NCBI GenBank assembly: GCA_021166725.1
Contig: JAJPES010000012.1
Location: 14,635 to 78,634 of the forward strand
Direction: 5' to 3'
DNA from: Burkholderiaceae bacterium
GTDB lineage: Bacteria > Pseudomonadota > Gammaproteobacteria > Burkholderiales > Burkholderiaceae_E
DNA: 64,000 bases
Both the position numbers and the translations under genes were made by a program. Positions 49,606 through 58,449 of this stretch are shown one piece after another. The stretch's first letter is position 1; each line of letters opens with the position of its first letter. A model generated the notes under the pieces. That model was given only the letters and a program-made list of their open reading frames with translations. It searched no databases and had not been told where the DNA came from.

Positions 49606-50283
49606 ATGAAACGGAGCATCGTTCTGGGCGCCCTGGCGGCGTCGGCCGGCCTGTTCATTTGTGGGCAGGTTGCGGCGGCGACGATCCACTGGGCCGACTG
49701 GCTGTCCAACGGCGTGCCCGACACGATCACCGGCGCGATCGACGTGGGCGGCGAAAGCGTCGGCGTCACGTTCGAGGGAACGTACATGTCGGCGCAGTAC
49801 GGCGCGGGGACGAACTACTGGACCAATCCGACTACGTACACGAGCGCTGAAGTCGACAATGCGCCCTCGACTACCGACATCATTCAGCTGAACGCGGGCG
49901 GCGAATTCAAGATCACCTTCAGTCGCCCGGTCCTCGATCCGGTGTTCGCGCTGGTGAGTTGGAACGGCAACACGGTCGACTTCGGCGCGCCGATCGAAAT
50001 CCTCAGCAACGGCGCGGGCTATTTTGGATCGGGAACGCCGCTCCTGAACCTGGCGGGCACGGGCTTCTACGGCGCCGGCGAAGTGCACGGTGTCGTCGGG
50101 CTGACCGGGCAGTACAGCACGGTCCGGGTCTCTCACACCACCGAGGGGTGGCACGGCTTCACCGTCGGCATCCGCGATGTGGCGCGCGACGCTGCGCAGG
50201 TGCCGGCCCCGGCCCCGCTCCTGCTGTTCGGTCTGGGCGCCTTCCTGCTCGCCTCGTTCTCCACGCTACGCGTGCAGCGCTGA
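49606..50283 (+). CDS. PEP-CTERM-like (VPAP variant) exported surface protein
   Basis: Signal peptide, Gly/Thr/Ser-rich body, C-terminal VPAPAPLLLFGLGAFLL plus basic tail. Confidence 0.8.
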   Translation: MKRSIVLGALAASAGLFICGQVAAATIHWADWLSNGVPDTITGAIDVGGESVGVTFEGTYMSAQYGAGTNYWTNPTTYTSAEVDNAPSTTDIIQLNAGGEFKITFSRPVLDPVFALVSWNGNTVDFGAPIEILSNGAGYFGSGTPLLNLAGTGFYGAGEVHGVVGLTGQYSTVRVSHTTEGWHGFTVGIRDVARDAAQVPAPAPLLLFGLGAFLLASFSTLRVQR

Positions 50284-50337
50284 TCGCCCGCTGTGCCGGC
50301 GCTGTGCGATTCGTATCGCGCAGCGCCCGTCCCGGTT

Positions 50338-50934
50338 TCACCGCCGCCGGTTCCAGCGCGACATCGCGCCGCCGAACCGATACGCGATCCAACCGCCCAG
50401 CATGCCGCCCAGGTGCGCGAAATGCGCCACCCCCGAGGCCGACCCGGTCACGCCGAGTACCAGCTCCAGCGCCCCGTAGAGCGCGACGAATACCCGCGCC
50501 GGCATCGGGATCGGCGGAAAGAGCAGCATCACGGTGCGGTTCGGGAACACGATCGCGTAGCTGAGCAGCACGGCGAACACGCCGGCTGACGCGCCGATCA
50601 CCGGCAGCCCGCCACCGCCGAAAGCCTCGCCGACGAAGATCTGCGCAATGGCGCCGGTGACGACGCCGAGGAAATAGCCGAAGGCCAGGCGCCGCGCGCC
50701 CCACACGCGTTCGAGATCGGTGCCGAACATCCAGATCGCGAACATGTTGAACAGCAGGTGCGTGAGCCCGCCGTGCAGGAAGCTGTAGCTCACCAGCGTC
50801 CACGGCGCGGCGAGCACGTTGGTCCAGTGGCTCGGCCACAGCGCGAACCACTCGATCGTCACCGGACCGAGCAGACCCTGCAGCACGAAGCCGACGACGT
50901 TCGCGGTGATCAGGAACTGGATGAAGGGGGTCAA
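50338..50934 (-). CDS. Rhomboid intramembrane serine protease
   Basis: PWTLVSYSFLHGGLTHLLFNM, IGASAGV, AHFAHLGG; TTG start. Confidence 0.9.
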   Translation of the reverse strand: MTPFIQFLITANVVGFVLQGLLGPVTIEWFALWPSHWTNVLAAPWTLVSYSFLHGGLTHLLFNMFAIWMFGTDLERVWGARRLAFGYFLGVVTGAIAQIFVGEAFGGGGLPVIGASAGVFAVLLSYAIVFPNRTVMLLFPPIPMPARVFVALYGALELVLGVTGSASGVAHFAHLGGMLGGWIAYRFGGAMSRWNRRR

Positions 50935-51062
50935 GAGTCGGTCCGGCTCGGTGGCGGAGCCGACAGCGTACTCGCAAGACGCGCGCGGGGGGCCGGTGCC
51001 CGCGATGCGCCCTCGGCGCTTCCCTGGGCGCGCGCCGGCGCCCGCGCCCCTGCGGGCGCCCG

Positions 51063-51452
51063 TCAATCGCGCGGCCCGCGCGCCCCCAGCGCCCGCACCG
51101 CGTCGCGCACGCGCTGCCCCTCGCGCACGCCCGCTGCCCGCGCCTCGTCGTTCGCGTGGCTCACGACGCCGTTCTCGTAGCCGTCGACTGCATCGCCGAT
51201 GCGCGCCGAGTCGTGTGCGTACACCGCGCAGGCAACGCCGATGGAACCGAGCAGCTCGAGCGCGACGATGCCTGCGCGCTCCTTTCCGACGCCCGCGTCG
51301 TTGAAGAACACCGCATGCGGTTTCGCCGGCGCGCGCAGCACGAAGCCGGTGGACGAGACGCCGCCGTGCGAGCCGGAGACGATCACCGCGCCGCAGTGCG
51401 AAGCGTCGATCGACGTGATGGTGTCGAGGAGATGGCAGCGGCGTTCGGTCAT
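51063..51452 (-). CDS. Conserved hypothetical protein
   Basis: Globular-looking ORF with GSHGG, NDAGVGK..AGI, SARIGD motifs. Confidence 0.65.
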   Translation of the reverse strand: MTERRCHLLDTITSIDASHCGAVIVSGSHGGVSSTGFVLRAPAKPHAVFFNDAGVGKERAGIVALELLGSIGVACAVYAHDSARIGDAVDGYENGVVSHANDEARAAGVREGQRVRDAVRALGARGPRD

Positions 51453-51693
51453 CGAGCGATCGATTTTCGGCGAGCGGGTCCGTCATTCTGTTGCATCGAT
51501 GCCGACCGTGCGGCGAAAACGGGCGGTCCGTCGGCGCGCAGGTGCCTCGCGTGTTTTTGTGCGCATGACGTGCACTAAGATTGCGCCCGCATTCGGTTTA
51601 CCGCTTACCGCAGCCCGCTCGCCGCTCCGCGCCTCTTTCGTCACTGTCGTCGTTGCTGCATCCCATCGTCCTTCGCAAAGAGAACACTTCCGC

Positions 51694-53472
51694 ATTTCCC
51701 GAAACTTCGTAGCTCGTCCGATTCCACGCCTGCTCGCCGTTGCCCTCGCGTCGATGACGCTCGTCGCCTGCGGAGGTGGCGGAAGCGGCGATGGCGCCGA
51801 CACGAGCACGCCGAAATCGGTCTCCGGCCGCGTCGTCGACGGCTACGTGGCCGGCGCGACTGTGCAATGCATGCAGGCGGGAACGGCGATCGCCACCACC
51901 TTGTCCGGCGCGAACGGCGTCTATGCGTTCGATCTTGCGGCCGGGCAGAGCTGCGAGTGGATCGAGTCGCGCGGTGGGCTCGACGTCGGCGTGACGCCGA
52001 CGGATCCCGCCGACGACATCCCGCGTCCGAATCTCGTGCTGCGTGCACCGGTGAGCGCCGGCGCTGCCTCGCTGTCGAACCTCTTCGTCACGCCGGCGTC
52101 GACGCTCGTCCAGGCGCTCGTCGCGGGCGGCCGCAGCGTCTCCGAAGCGCACGATCTCGTGCGCGCGAACCTCGGCGTGTCGCAGGCGACCGACCTGCTC
52201 GCGACCGATCCCGCGAGCGACCTCGCGCTGTATCGGATCGACGCCGCGCGTGCGCAGATCATCGAGCAGGTTTCGGCCGCGATCGCAGCGGCTGGCGCGA
52301 TCGTGGACGATGCCGGCTTCGCGGCGGCATCGAACGCGACGATCCAGGCGCTCGCCGCCAGCCTGGCGGCGGGCACGACGCTCACTCAGCTCGAGGCAAC
52401 GCCTCTTGCACCGACCTCGCCGCTCGTCGCGCTGATCACGCAGGCAACGAGCAACGCGAAGGCGGACGCCACCATCGCGACCCGACTCACCGGCGTGCAG
52501 CCGCAGACGCTCGCGCTCGTCTCCGCGCCGCTCGTCGCGTCGGCAGCGCGGCAGGCGCTCGACGGCGCGAGCCTGCAGGCCGTCGTCGATGTTGCCGGCG
52601 ATATCGCCGAGCGCGGTGGTGCAGCGACCGTCGTCGGCTCGCTGGTCGACGTGCTCGACGAAGTGGCCGGCGCGGGCCAGGCACAGGCGATCCTCGACGC
52701 GATGACGACTGCCGCGCAGAGCGCGGCCGCCGGCACCTCCGGGAACGCGACGATCACGGTCGGCGCCACGAGTGTCGTCGTCCAGGTGCCGGGCGGTGCG
52801 AGCAACTTCCTGCATGTTGGCGGCGACACCGTGCATCTCTACGGTCCGACAGGTGGACCCGTCGACGCCACGCTAGCGCAATTCGGCAGCGCGTCGGGCG
52901 TGACGGTGCCGCAGAACCTGTCGAAGGTCGGTCTCACGCTCGCTGCCTCGGCCGACTTCACGCAGCTTGCCGAGGCGCGCGAAGTGCCGCTGGCGATCGA
53001 CATCCGCGACGCGACCGGCACGCGCGTCGTGCAGGCGATCGTCGATCGCGTGCGCGTTTCGCAGGACGCCGGCGGCGTGGTGCAGGCAACCGTGCCGGCA
53101 GGCGCGACCGCCACCGTCTACGGCAAGACGGCCAGCGCCGAGACCGTGTCGCCGCTCGTCATCACGTTGAGCGACACCGCGAAGCCGATCTCGACGGCCG
53201 CCGGCGAGATCACGATCGACATCGACCGGCTCTTCTCGATCATCGGTGGTGTGGCGGCCAGCGGCAGCCCGCTTGCGCGGCTCGCGGCCGATCGCATCTC
53301 GGGCGGCACCTTCGTCGTCACGCTCGTCGTCGGTGATCTGCGCATCGCGCACGCGACGTCGTCCGCCGATCCGACGCCTACGCTCGGCGTGCCGTATACG
53401 GTGCAGCTGCAGAGCGGCGGGCAGGCAGTGGTCGGTTACGGAGTGCGAGGACGCGTTCTCGTCGGCAGCTGA
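51694..53472 (+). CDS. Large Ala/Thr/Val-rich outer-membrane/surface lipoprotein (start codon atypical)
   Basis: Lipobox LVAC-GGGGS, SGRVVDGYVAGATV, VTPASTLV; the best signal-peptide start is ATT at 51694. Confidence 0.75.
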   Translation: MSRNFVARPIPRLLAVALASMTLVACGGGGSGDGADTSTPKSVSGRVVDGYVAGATVQCMQAGTAIATTLSGANGVYAFDLAAGQSCEWIESRGGLDVGVTPTDPADDIPRPNLVLRAPVSAGAASLSNLFVTPASTLVQALVAGGRSVSEAHDLVRANLGVSQATDLLATDPASDLALYRIDAARAQIIEQVSAAIAAAGAIVDDAGFAAASNATIQALAASLAAGTTLTQLEATPLAPTSPLVALITQATSNAKADATIATRLTGVQPQTLALVSAPLVASAARQALDGASLQAVVDVAGDIAERGGAATVVGSLVDVLDEVAGAGQAQAILDAMTTAAQSAAAGTSGNATITVGATSVVVQVPGGASNFLHVGGDTVHLYGPTGGPVDATLAQFGSASGVTVPQNLSKVGLTLAASADFTQLAEAREVPLAIDIRDATGTRVVQAIVDRVRVSQDAGGVVQATVPAGATATVYGKTASAETVSPLVITLSDTAKPISTAAGEITIDIDRLFSIIGGVAASGSPLARLAADRISGGTFVVTLVVGDLRIAHATSSADPTPTLGVPYTVQLQSGGQAVVGYGVRGRVLVGS

Positions 53473-53491
53473 CCCGAACGCGCGGCACGCA

Positions 53492-54607
53492 ATGAAATCC
53501 GATACCACCGCGCGCGCCGCCGCGGCGGTCGCTGCGCTCGCCCTCGCGAGCGCAGCGTTCCCGCTGGCCGCCGCCCCCTTCGACCACCTGTCGAGTGCCC
53601 GGCCCGAAGCGAACGGAGCGCGCCAGCTCGAAGTTGGCGTCGACGCGATGAACGACACGCTCGACGTGTTCGACATTCGCGGCGACGACCCTGTCTACCG
53701 CGGTACCAACGTCGGCGATTACCGCGGCGCGCACCTGCGCGGCGGCCTGCAGCTGGCGCCGAACTGGTGGATCGACGGCTCCTTGTGGCGCCGCAGGATC
53801 GACTACCGCAACGACAGCGGCAGCCTCACCACTTGGCAACTCGGCGCGCAATGGCGCTTTCGCGACGCGCCCGACGGCGGCATCGCGTGGGCGCTGCGCG
53901 GCAGCGTCTGGGGAAATCGCGCAGACGGCCTCGACAAGAGCTCTCCGACCACACTTGCCGGCTACACGCTGGATAGCGTGAACATCGAACGCCCACGCGA
54001 TACGCAGTGGCAACTCGACGTCATCGGCACGAAGGGCGACGCCGACGCATCGATCAGCTGGTACGCCGGCGTGCAGCGCGGCCAGGTGCGCTACTCGTCG
54101 TTGAACGGCACCGCGCGCGCGGGCAACTGCCCCTACGCCGTGGCGATCGGCGACACGCAGACGATGCTCACGCAGACGGCCTCGTGCAGCGGCGCCGGCG
54201 GCACCGTCGCCGCCGGCACGCAAGTGAGCGTGAGCAATGCCGCGTTCGGCCTGAACCCGCGCGATGCGCTCGAATACGACGCGACGGTACTGCGCGTCGG
54301 CGTGAACGGCGCGAGACGCTGGGGCGACTGGCGGCTGCGCGCCGGCCTCGGCTACGAGCATCACGATCGCGGCGATGCGCTCGAGAACTCGGCCCACTCG
54401 CTATCGGGCGCCTACGACTCGGGAAACTTCAGCGCGATGCTCGAGCTGGCATACCGGTTCACGCCGACGATCACCGGCTTCGTGCGCGGGACGGCCTGGC
54501 AACATCAGCTGATGGGCGAGGTACCGTTCCTCTACAACGCGGTGACGGCAAAGAGATCGGATCGGAGATACGGGGTGGCGACGGTGGGGGTGATGGCGGA
54601 GTTTTGA
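53492..54607 (+). CDS. Putative outer-membrane beta-barrel protein
   Basis: Signal peptide, alternating aromatic amphipathic strands, C-terminal Phe (VGVMAEF); 19 bp after the lipoprotein gene. Confidence 0.7.
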   Translation: MKSDTTARAAAAVAALALASAAFPLAAAPFDHLSSARPEANGARQLEVGVDAMNDTLDVFDIRGDDPVYRGTNVGDYRGAHLRGGLQLAPNWWIDGSLWRRRIDYRNDSGSLTTWQLGAQWRFRDAPDGGIAWALRGSVWGNRADGLDKSSPTTLAGYTLDSVNIERPRDTQWQLDVIGTKGDADASISWYAGVQRGQVRYSSLNGTARAGNCPYAVAIGDTQTMLTQTASCSGAGGTVAAGTQVSVSNAAFGLNPRDALEYDATVLRVGVNGARRWGDWRLRAGLGYEHHDRGDALENSAHSLSGAYDSGNFSAMLELAYRFTPTITGFVRGTAWQHQLMGEVPFLYNAVTAKRSDRRYGVATVGVMAEF

Positions 54608-54694
54608 GGCTGCGGAATTGCAGTCCCCCGGCTAACACATCTCTCCTACGTCGTCGGGGCATTGCATCCGCTGGGTGCCCGGCATAATGAACGC

Positions 54695-54892
54695 ATGCGC
54701 TGGCTAAAGAACCTGCAGCAGGACCGGCGGCCGAGACGTTCGGTCCTGTTTACGCTCGACCGAGACGGTGGGCTCGTGGTGAACCGTGGAGTTCTTGTGC
54801 GGTCGAAGCGGATGGATCGCCAGTTCAAGGCGGCGGATTTTCTCTCCGGGAAGAAAGCCGGCAAGGTCCTCGTAGAACCGACGAGCGAGTGA
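54695..54892 (+). CDS. Small hypothetical protein (65 aa)
   Basis: ATG 6 nt after CATAAT; stop overlaps the next GTG (GTGA coupling); lower GC. Confidence 0.45.
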   Translation: MRWLKNLQQDRRPRRSVLFTLDRDGGLVVNRGVLVRSKRMDRQFKAADFLSGKKAGKVLVEPTSE

Positions 54893-55030
54893 CTTCGCTA
54901 GCGCTCACGTTCTTCATCCTCGCGTGCGGTTGGAAGTTCTACAAAGAGTGGCGCGTTACTCGTTATGCCGCGCTGAGCCATTCCGGTCATCCGCAGTACT
55001 TCGGCGCCGCGATTGCCTCGGCCAACGTCC
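54889..55030 (+). pseudogene. Truncated membrane-protein gene fragment
   Basis: MTSLALTFFILACGWKF..RY...SGHPQYFGAAIAS; frame then runs without a stop into an unrelated antitoxin. Confidence 0.35.
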
Positions 55031-55098
55031 AACAGGCCGAGGAGAGACACGAAGTCAGCGCTAATCTGTTTTCGTTTCCGAGTGACAAGTCGGTTGCC

Positions 55099-55341
55099 AT
55101 GAAGCGCGTCAGGATCACGTTGGACGAAGAAGTCGCCGCTTCGCTGCGTGCGTCCGCTGCCCTGGCGAACAAGAGCGTCTCGCACTACATCGCCGAGTTG
55201 CTGGAAACGCGTATGCACGAGTCGCGCAACTACGCGAACGCGATGCGGCGCTTCCTCGACCGCCGTCCCTCGCGCATCAACGAAACGAGAGCGCAACTGC
55301 CGAAGCGCGACGAGTTTCACGACCGCTCCGATCTTCGTTGA
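55099..55341 (+). CDS. CopG/ribbon-helix-helix antitoxin (VapB-like)
   Basis: MKRVRITLDEEVA..R..AA....SVS..IAELL; C-terminal LPKRDEFHDR typical of PIN-associated antitoxins. Confidence 0.75.
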   Translation: MKRVRITLDEEVAASLRASAALANKSVSHYIAELLETRMHESRNYANAMRRFLDRRPSRINETRAQLPKRDEFHDRSDLR

Positions 55342-55813
55342 CGTCAACTTGCCTGTGGGCACCAAATCCAGCGGGCCAACGGCGTGGCGTCTGTTCAAAC
55401 ATCGACGGCCGCAAATCTCCCGCTCGCCGCCCGACCCGCAACCCGTCCACCCGCGCGAAGCGCTCGTCGAGCGTAAGAAGCGCGACACCTCGCTCGAGCG
55501 CGCTGGCTGCGATCCACAGATCGTTCGTCGGCATCGGTTGCCGCTTGCGCCGAAGACTCGCGTAAACGAGCGCGTACCGGTCGGCGGTTTCGTCGGTGAC
55601 GTTCAGCACCACTACCCGCGGCGATGCGAGGAAGCGCGACAGTTGCGCGCGATTCGAAGCGTCGCGCGTGCCGGCAGCGAAGCCGGCCAGCAACTCGCCG
55701 AGGACGATGCTGTTGAGATAGAGCAGGTACGCGCGAGCCAGCACCTCGACGATCTCCGGTTCGCCGCGCAGGAGCGCCACGTACGCGCTGGTATCGACGA
55801 GCACCGGTCGCAT
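55277..55813 (-). CDS. vapC: VapC/PIN-domain toxin with C-terminal extension
   Basis: VLVDTSAY, IVLGEL, PTNDLWIAASA, LLTLDERF (PIN acidic residues present). Confidence 0.85.
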   Translation of the reverse strand: MRPVLVDTSAYVALLRGEPEIVEVLARAYLLYLNSIVLGELLAGFAAGTRDASNRAQLSRFLASPRVVVLNVTDETADRYALVYASLRRKRQPMPTNDLWIAASALERGVALLTLDERFARVDGLRVGRRAGDLRPSMFEQTPRRWPAGFGAHRQVDVNEDRSGRETRRASAVALSFR

Positions 55814-55817
55814 GCCT

Positions 55818-55907
55818 TCACCTCCAGAGTTCCGGCTCGACCTCGGAGAACGGCGCGGTAGCGGCTTCGAACTCCGCTATTTCGTCGTCGCCCCAGACAC
55901 CGGCCAA
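55818..55907 (-). pseudogene. C-terminal remnant of the cognate antitoxin of vapC
   Basis: Manual translation LAGVWGDDEIAEFEAATAPFSEVEPELWR*, ending 4 bp before the vapC ATG; no N-terminal DNA-binding part. Confidence 0.6.
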
Positions 55908-55921
55908 GTAGAATTCGCGCC

Positions 55922-56980
55922 ATGCCCGCCACTGCACCCATCCCCGCCACCCTCATTCCCGGCGACGGCATCGGCCCCGAAATCGTCGAGGCCACCCTCG
56001 CCGTCCTCGCCGCCCTCGACGCGCCCTTCCAGTGGGACCGCCAGATCGCCGGCCTCGAAGGCGTGCGCGTCGCCGACGACCCGCTGCCGCCGGCCACGCT
56101 CGACAGCATCCGTCGCACGCGCCTCGCACTCAAAGGTCCGCTCGCCACGCCTTCGGGCGCCGGCTACCGCTCGTCGAACGTTCGATTGCGCGAAGAGTTC
56201 CGCCTGTACGCGAACCTGCGCCCCGCGCGCACGATCCTGCCGGGCGGACGCTTCGAGAACATCGACCTGATCGTCGTGCGCGAAAACCTCGAGGGCCTGT
56301 ACGTCGGCCACGAGTACTACGTGCCGGTGGGCGACGACCCTCGCGCGGTAGCGGTGGCCACCGGCATCAACACGCGCGAAGGCAGCCGTCGCATCATCGA
56401 GTTCGCCTTCGAGACGGCGGTCAAGCAAGGGCGGCGCAAGGTCACGCTGGTGCACAAGGCGAACATCATGAAGGCGCTCACCGGCATCTTCCTCGACGTC
56501 GGCCAGGAGATGTACGAGCGCAAGTACAAGGACCGCTTCGCCTTCGAGACGATGATCGTCGACGCCTGCGCGATGAAGCTCGTCATCGACCCGTGGCAGT
56601 TCGACGTGATCGTCACGACGAACCTGTTCGGCGACATCCTCTCCGACCTCGTCGCCGGCCTGGTCGGCGGCCTGGGCATGACGCCCGGCGCGAACATCGG
56701 CGCCGACGCCGCGATCTTCGAGGCGGTGCACGGCTCGGCCCCCGACATCGCGGGCAAGGGCGTGGCGAACCCCACGGCGCTGATGCTGTCGGCGGCGATG
56801 ATGCTCGAGCACTGCGCAATGCCGGAGAAGGCGGCGCGCCTGCGCGAGGCGATCGTGCGGACGATTGCGGTCGACGGAATCCGCACGCGCGATCTCGGCG
56901 GGAGCGCGGATACCGCAGTGTTCACCAAGGCGCTGGTTGCGGCCGTCGCGGAGGGGGCATCCCGCGCCGGGGCGGCGTAA
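55922..56980 (+). CDS. Isocitrate/isopropylmalate dehydrogenase family (NAD-IDH-like)
   Basis: IPGDGIGPEI, KGPL.TP, RENLEGLY, HKANIMK, NLFGDILSDL, EAVHGSAPDIAG. Confidence 0.92.
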   Translation: MPATAPIPATLIPGDGIGPEIVEATLAVLAALDAPFQWDRQIAGLEGVRVADDPLPPATLDSIRRTRLALKGPLATPSGAGYRSSNVRLREEFRLYANLRPARTILPGGRFENIDLIVVRENLEGLYVGHEYYVPVGDDPRAVAVATGINTREGSRRIIEFAFETAVKQGRRKVTLVHKANIMKALTGIFLDVGQEMYERKYKDRFAFETMIVDACAMKLVIDPWQFDVIVTTNLFGDILSDLVAGLVGGLGMTPGANIGADAAIFEAVHGSAPDIAGKGVANPTALMLSAAMMLEHCAMPEKAARLREAIVRTIAVDGIRTRDLGGSADTAVFTKALVAAVAEGASRAGAA

Positions 56981-57229
56981 GCGCTCTTTCTGTCGGAGTA
57001 CGCGAGCCCGTGCTACCGGGCCGCAGCGCCCCCGAACCCCCAATCGCGCTGCGTTCTGCAGCGTTTTCTTCGACGCAATCGATTGCGTGCGACAAGACGC
57101 CTCAGATTGCGGCGCGCACGCGGAGTTGGCCCGCCCGCCGGGTGCGTCCTTTGTGCTGCAGGCACGGCCCTTGATTGCCGCGCCACACTGGCTACACTTG
57201 CCTCGTCTTCCCCGCGTCGCCGCATCGCC

Positions 57230-57772
57230 ATGAACTACCCGCGCGAGGCCGACCCGCGCCTGCGTCGCAACTTCCTCGCCCTGCTGGGCGCGTCGATCCT
57301 GTCGGCCTGCTCGACGGCGCCCCCCTCGTCGCGCGGACCTTTCGATCCGGTCGCTCCCGACTTCGGCGGCGCCGACCCCGATCCGATCGGCAGCCTGCCC
57401 GAGGAACTCGCCCGCGAAGCGAGTTTCCTCGCGCTGAGCCTCGTCGACACGCCGTATCGCTACGGCGGCAACACCCCGGCCGGCGGCTTCGACTGCAGCG
57501 GACTCATCGTCTACGTGTTCCGCAACGCAGCCGGGCTGGGCTTGCCGCGCACGGTGGCGCAACTGGCACAGGTGGGCCAGCCGGTACGCCCCAGCGCCAT
57601 GCGCAGTGGCGACCTCGTGCTCTTCGACACGACCGGCCGCTTCTCGCACGCCGGGATCTACGTGGGCGCCGGCCGCTTCGTGCACGCGCCGTCCACCGGC
57701 GGCGCGGTACGGCTGGACGGCGTGCAGGCGCGGTACTGGAAACCGCGCTTTTCGGGCGTGCGGCGGGTGTGA
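57230..57772 (+). CDS. NlpC/P60 (C40) cell-wall peptidase lipoprotein
   Basis: LSAC lipobox; PYRYGG..GFDCSGL, GDLVLF, HAGIY, FVHAPS. Confidence 0.92.
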   Translation: MNYPREADPRLRRNFLALLGASILSACSTAPPSSRGPFDPVAPDFGGADPDPIGSLPEELAREASFLALSLVDTPYRYGGNTPAGGFDCSGLIVYVFRNAAGLGLPRTVAQLAQVGQPVRPSAMRSGDLVLFDTTGRFSHAGIYVGAGRFVHAPSTGGAVRLDGVQARYWKPRFSGVRRV

Positions 57773-57965
57773 GGGACGTCGCGCGGTGGACTGCCGCGGC
57801 CGCGGCGCCGCTTGCGCGTCTCGTGCCCCCCGCGCACGGTCGACTTGCTGCAAATCGCAGCGTTTCCCTTCGTAGAACGCGTGCCTCAGCCGAAAACGCA
57901 GCAATACGCAGCGTGGGGCGTCACGTGCATCCGGCTCCGGACGGCAGTGGGCCGACCGTCGCGGC

Positions 57966-57991
57966 TTTTACGACTGCTTACACTGCTTACA
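57966..57991. promoter_or_regulatory. Tandem TTAC direct repeats (CpxR/OmpR-family-like site)
   Basis: TTTAC-GACTG-CTTAC-ACTG-CTTAC, i.e. GTAAG-N5-GTAAA on the minus strand. Confidence 0.45.
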
Positions 57992-58054
57992 CCTGCACAT
58001 CTGCCCGCAGTGCCGGCCCCGGGATATCGTGAGCGGACCTCGACCCCGGAGCCG

Positions 58055-58378
58055 ATGATGCTCGCCAGACTCGCCGTAACCATCGTTCTCGCAACCGCCG
58101 CTGCCGGCGCCTTCGCCCAGGCGTACACGCCCCGCGTCGACCAGCGGCAGGCAAACCAGGATCGCCGCATCGACCAGGGCGCTCAATCCGGCGCGCTTAC
58201 TGCCCGCGAAGCTGGCCGACTCGATGCCGGCCAGGAGCGCGTAGAGCGCATCGAGGATCGTGCGAAGGCCGACGGCATCGTCACGCGACGCGAGCGCGTG
58301 AAGCTGCACTCCGTGCAGAACGTGCAGAGCAAGCGCATCTGGAAGCAGAAGCACGATCGGCAGCACGTGCGCCGCTGA
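58055..58378 (+). CDS. Small secreted helical protein
   Basis: Signal peptide (AFA|Q); TPRVDQRQANQ..RIDQG..SG.LT.REA.RL internal repeat; ends KHDRQ. Confidence 0.75.
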   Translation: MMLARLAVTIVLATAAAGAFAQAYTPRVDQRQANQDRRIDQGAQSGALTAREAGRLDAGQERVERIEDRAKADGIVTRRERVKLHSVQNVQSKRIWKQKHDRQHVRR

Positions 58379-58449
58379 CGGCGGGTGCAGGCCGCGACGC
58401 GCCTGCCGGTCCGTGCCCGCGCTGCAGCGTCGAGCCTTTGTCGCACGCG

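Noticed and set aside
49606-50934. Rhomboid acting as sortase for the adjacent C-terminally anchored protein
   Set aside because: Genes are convergent; the motif is PEP-CTERM-like (exosortase substrate), not GlyGly-CTERM, and the rhomboid looks generic
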